Positions 61,260-64,000 of a stretch of DNA of 64,000 nt are shown here, one piece after another; the first letter of the stretch is position 1, and each line of letters begins with the position of its first letter. Position numbers and translations under genes: made by a program. Under the pieces are notes generated by a model. That model saw nothing but the letters and a program-made list of their open reading frames with translations. It was not told the DNA's origin and made no database searches. Source of the DNA: Adineta vaga (lineage: Eukaryota; Animalia; Rotifera); assembly GCA_021613535.1 (NCBI GenBank), contig CP075493.1, positions 15,128,001 through 15,192,000 of the forward strand. Direction: 5' to 3'.

Positions 61260-61408
61260 CGTGGGTGAGGGTGTGGTTGAGGGTGTGGTTGTGGGTGACT
61301 AGAGAATTCTGCGACGCGTTTCGACCTTGCTGAAGGATCTCATCAGGTAGTTTTAGGATGGATGTGGGCGAAGAGAAGAGTATTATCCACACCCACACCC
61401 TCAAGATG
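61260..61408. repeat. Inverted telomere-like cassette (compound)
   Basis: GTGGGTGAGGGTGTGGTTGAGGGTGTGG ... ATCCACACCCACACCCTCAAGATG. Confidence 0.85.
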
Positions 61409-61540
61409 AACAAATCAAGAGAATTTTGCAATTATGTATTTATCTAAGTGAATAAAATATATATATCTCCGACGTGATCTATTAATCTACGTGCTCTTAA
61501 TATAATAACAAGTATTTATTATTGATATAGACATTTTAAA

Positions 61541-64000
61541 ATGTTAATAGCAATCAATAGAAGAAATGTTTTCTTCATTATTTTATTAATTCCTACTGTT
61601 AAAAATCAATTTAATTTATATAATACTGATCAAAATCAAAATTCATTCTTATACTTCGATTGTCTTCAATATTTTATACAATTAAAGTTCGATTTTCTAT
61701 CGGAATCGAAAGAATTCTCATTACCTTTTCAGACTATTTCTTACTGCATTCGTCCTGTTGCTAATGAAATCGATAATGATCAATCAATCAATGAAATTTT
61801 TACTTCATACACATTCGATCAATTGATTCAAATGAATATTACAATAGAAGATCTTCTCAAATGGTCAATATCTTTTGATATGATGGAAAATTATCAAGAA
61901 TATCTTAATACATTGGATCCTATTCTATCTACACATGTTTTAAATAATTGCTCTAATCGATGGTTTGGTTCATACTGTCAGTACAGAATAAATCAAAATA
62001 GCGTTCAATATTTTGTAAGTCATGTGTTTAATGGTAAAGAACGACAAATCGCTGATCAATTATTGTCTACTCATCGCGTTTGTTACACTCTATTGAAATG
62101 TAATCGTTGTCTCGATTGGCGCGAAATATATGATGGAAAAATCGACTGTACAATCGATGGAATAGACGAAGAGAATTGTTTATCTTTAGAAATGAATGAA
62201 TGTAATGAGAATGAATATCGATGTCATAATGGATTATGTATCCCTAAAGATTTTCTCGATGATTACTCATTTAGTCCAGATTGTTTAGATGGCGCTGATG
62301 AATATATACCAAACCAAATGAGCAATACACTTTCTACTTATCCTGGTTGCTATCGAGATCCATCATTTCGATGTGAAGAATCTCATCATCCTCTACGATT
62401 GAAAAGTTTTCCTTGTGGTGACGGTGAAACATTATTTACATTTGCATCATGTGCCAATGGTCGTCATTTTCTCGAATTTGAAATACTTTACTCTTTCGAC
62501 CAAAATAATGCTCTATCATTCAATTGTTGGCTTTTATTATATTGTGCTACTGCATTTGATCGCCAATTTGATCAATGTAAAACAATTTGTAAATCTTACG
62601 AATGTAGTTATAATTTATCTGAACAATGTCATTCAACATATATTTTCTTTCCACAAACTGCGATTCTTCATAATCATATTCGATTTGCTTATGCAACAAA
62701 TGAAACTATACGAAGAAAACGTTATCAACGAGCATTATTACCTCATTTTGTTTGTTATGAGTTTCAACGATGTCCGTTTTTAATACCGACATTATTCATC
62801 AATGGTTTACCTTGTCAACGTACTTTAGAATTAAATATTAAACAATATTATGAAATTGATCAATACTTTCGAGCATGTATAAATGAATATAAAACCAAAA
62901 AATCTACTCTTATTCAATGTTCAAATACAGGAAAATTTATTTCAAAATATCGTCTTTTAGATGGAATCATTGATTGTTATAATGCGACTGATGAAAATGG
63001 TATCGATGGATGTTCGTTAAATGATCCATATCGATTTGTATGTTCATCCGAAAAGAAGTGTATTTCACGTGTTGCTAAATATGATTCTGTACCAGATTGT
63101 TTCAAAGATGAAGATGAAAGGCGTTACAAAAAAATCAGATTTTCCTTTCAAGAATTATGTAATGGATTTACACATATGAATAGAGAAATTATCGATAATC
63201 AAACGGAAACAGATGAAACGAATTGTGACGAATGGCCATGTGATAATCTCTACACACGTTGTGATAAAGCCTGGTCTTGTTTAAATGGAGCTGATGAATC
63301 AAAATGTACGGCTTTACAGTGTTCTCCTACAGATGATACCATACCATGTATTTCGCCATATAATTTTACTGAATTTTGTTTACCGATTTCTCGTGCGAAT
63401 GATGGAATCATCGATTGTCTTGGTTCAAGTGATGAACGATCATATTGTCGATCGAAATATGAAGGACAACTTCTCAATCCATACCGATGTTGGAATGATT
63501 CGAAGTGTATTCAAGCTGAAGTTATATGTTTAAAAGGATTTTGTCCTTTTGAAGATCTTTCAAATCAATGTAAAGAAAATCATTTGGATTATCTTATATT
63601 AAGTATGAAAAAAGATTATCATCGATCGCAATTTCCATATGAAAAATTTTTCTTTCTCGAAGATCAAAATATATCATTACGATCGTTCGAACAAAAATTT
63701 CCGATAGAGGAAATCGTTTCTGATTCTTATCTGATACAATTTGACCATTGGAAATGTAATCGTGGTATACCAGTTGAAATGAATAATACTTATCGTTGTT
63801 TTTGTCCACCAAGTTATTATGGAAATCAATGTCAATTTCAAAGTCAACGCGTTAGTTTAACTTTACAAATACGAAAAATCTGTGCACCAAGTTGTCATGG
63901 TGTGTTTCAACTTCTATTAACTTTATTTGATAATAAACAAATGATACATTCTCAAGAACAATTAACCTATCATACAACCACAGATTGTAAAAGAAAACTC
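61541..64000 (+). CDS. Second LDLa/EGF GPCR paralogue, N-terminal part (runs off window)
   Basis: ATG 61541; same frame at 63842 (CQFQSQRVSLTLQ); shares YCIRP, WFG..CQY, CLDWREI.DG, ECNENEYRCHNG.CIP and ETDET.C..WPC.NLYTRCD with 25107..29777. Probably missing from the ORF track because it has no stop in the window (start, end and scattered motifs checked, not every codon). Confidence 0.88.
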   Translation, partial: MLIAINRRNVFFIILLIPTVKNQFNLYNTDQNQNSFLYFDCLQYFIQLKFDFLSESKEFSLPFQTISYCIRPVANEIDNDQSINEIFTSYTFDQLIQMNITIEDLLKWSISFDMMENYQEYLNTLDPILSTHVLNNCSNRWFGSYCQYRINQNSVQYFVSHVFNGKERQIADQLLSTHRVCYTLLKCNRCLDWREIYDGKIDCTIDGIDEENCLSLEMNECNENEYRCHNGLCIPKDFLDDYSFSPDCLDGADEYIPNQMSNTLSTYPGCYRDPSFRCEESHHPLRLKSFPCGDGETLFTFASCANGRHFLEFEILYSFDQNNALSFNCWLLLYCATAFDRQFDQCKTICKSYECSYNLSEQCHSTYIFFPQTAILHNHIRFAYATNETIRRKRYQRALLPHFVCYEFQRCPFLIPTLFINGLPCQRTLELNIKQYYEIDQYFRACINEYKTKKSTLIQCSNTGKFISKYRLLDGIIDCYNATDENGIDGCSLNDPYRFVCSSEKKCISRVAKYDSVPDCFKDEDERRYKKIRFSFQELCNGFTHMNREIIDNQTETDETNCDEWPCDNLYTRCDKAWSCLNGADESKCTALQCSPTDDTIPCISPYNFTEFCLPISRANDGIIDCLGSSDERSYCRSKYEGQLLNPYRCWNDSKCIQAEVICLKGFCPFEDLSNQCKENHLDYLILSMKKDYHRSQFPYEKFFFLEDQNISLRSFEQKFPIEEIVSDSYLIQFDHWKCNRGIPVEMNNTYRCFCPPSYYGNQCQFQSQRVSLTLQIRKICAPSCHGVFQLLLTLFDNKQMIHSQEQLTYHTTTDCKRKL

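Overview
AT-rich eukaryotic DNA with many short (~50-60 nt) GT-AG introns. It is most likely a bdelloid rotifer (inference from TGTGGG/TGAGGG telomere-like repeats, giant intronless LDLa-EGF-7TM receptors, an LTR element carrying a DEDDy exonuclease, and several bacterial/fungal-type genes). Host genes, in order: 3' part of a gene built from tandem PPC-like domain exons; a secreted esterase pseudogene split by a solo LTR; a Pax-like (RED subdomain + homeodomain) pseudogene; a mu-type GST; two LDLa/EGF GPCRs; two small rhodopsin-like GPCRs; a truncated ADP-ribosyltransferase-like gene; UNC-93-like; a secreted Cys-rich protein; a DUF6875-like gene; two germin/spherulin cupins; and a flavin amine (L-amino-acid) oxidase. 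Mobile DNA: an intact young Ty3/Gypsy element, two solo LTRs, a TA-flanked MITE, half a CACTA/EnSpm element and an intact piggyBac. Two observations stand out. (1) An unrecognised, intron-rich type II membrane module with matching exon sizes and phases is fused to two unrelated, adjacent oxidase-family catalytic domains (cupin and flavin amine oxidase). (2) About 16 short inverted telomere-repeat cassettes (ATCTTGAGGGTGTGGG...CCCACACCCTCAAGAT) are dispersed through host DNA, one of them exactly at the junction of two unrelated broken genes. All exon models were read by eye; no database searches were run.
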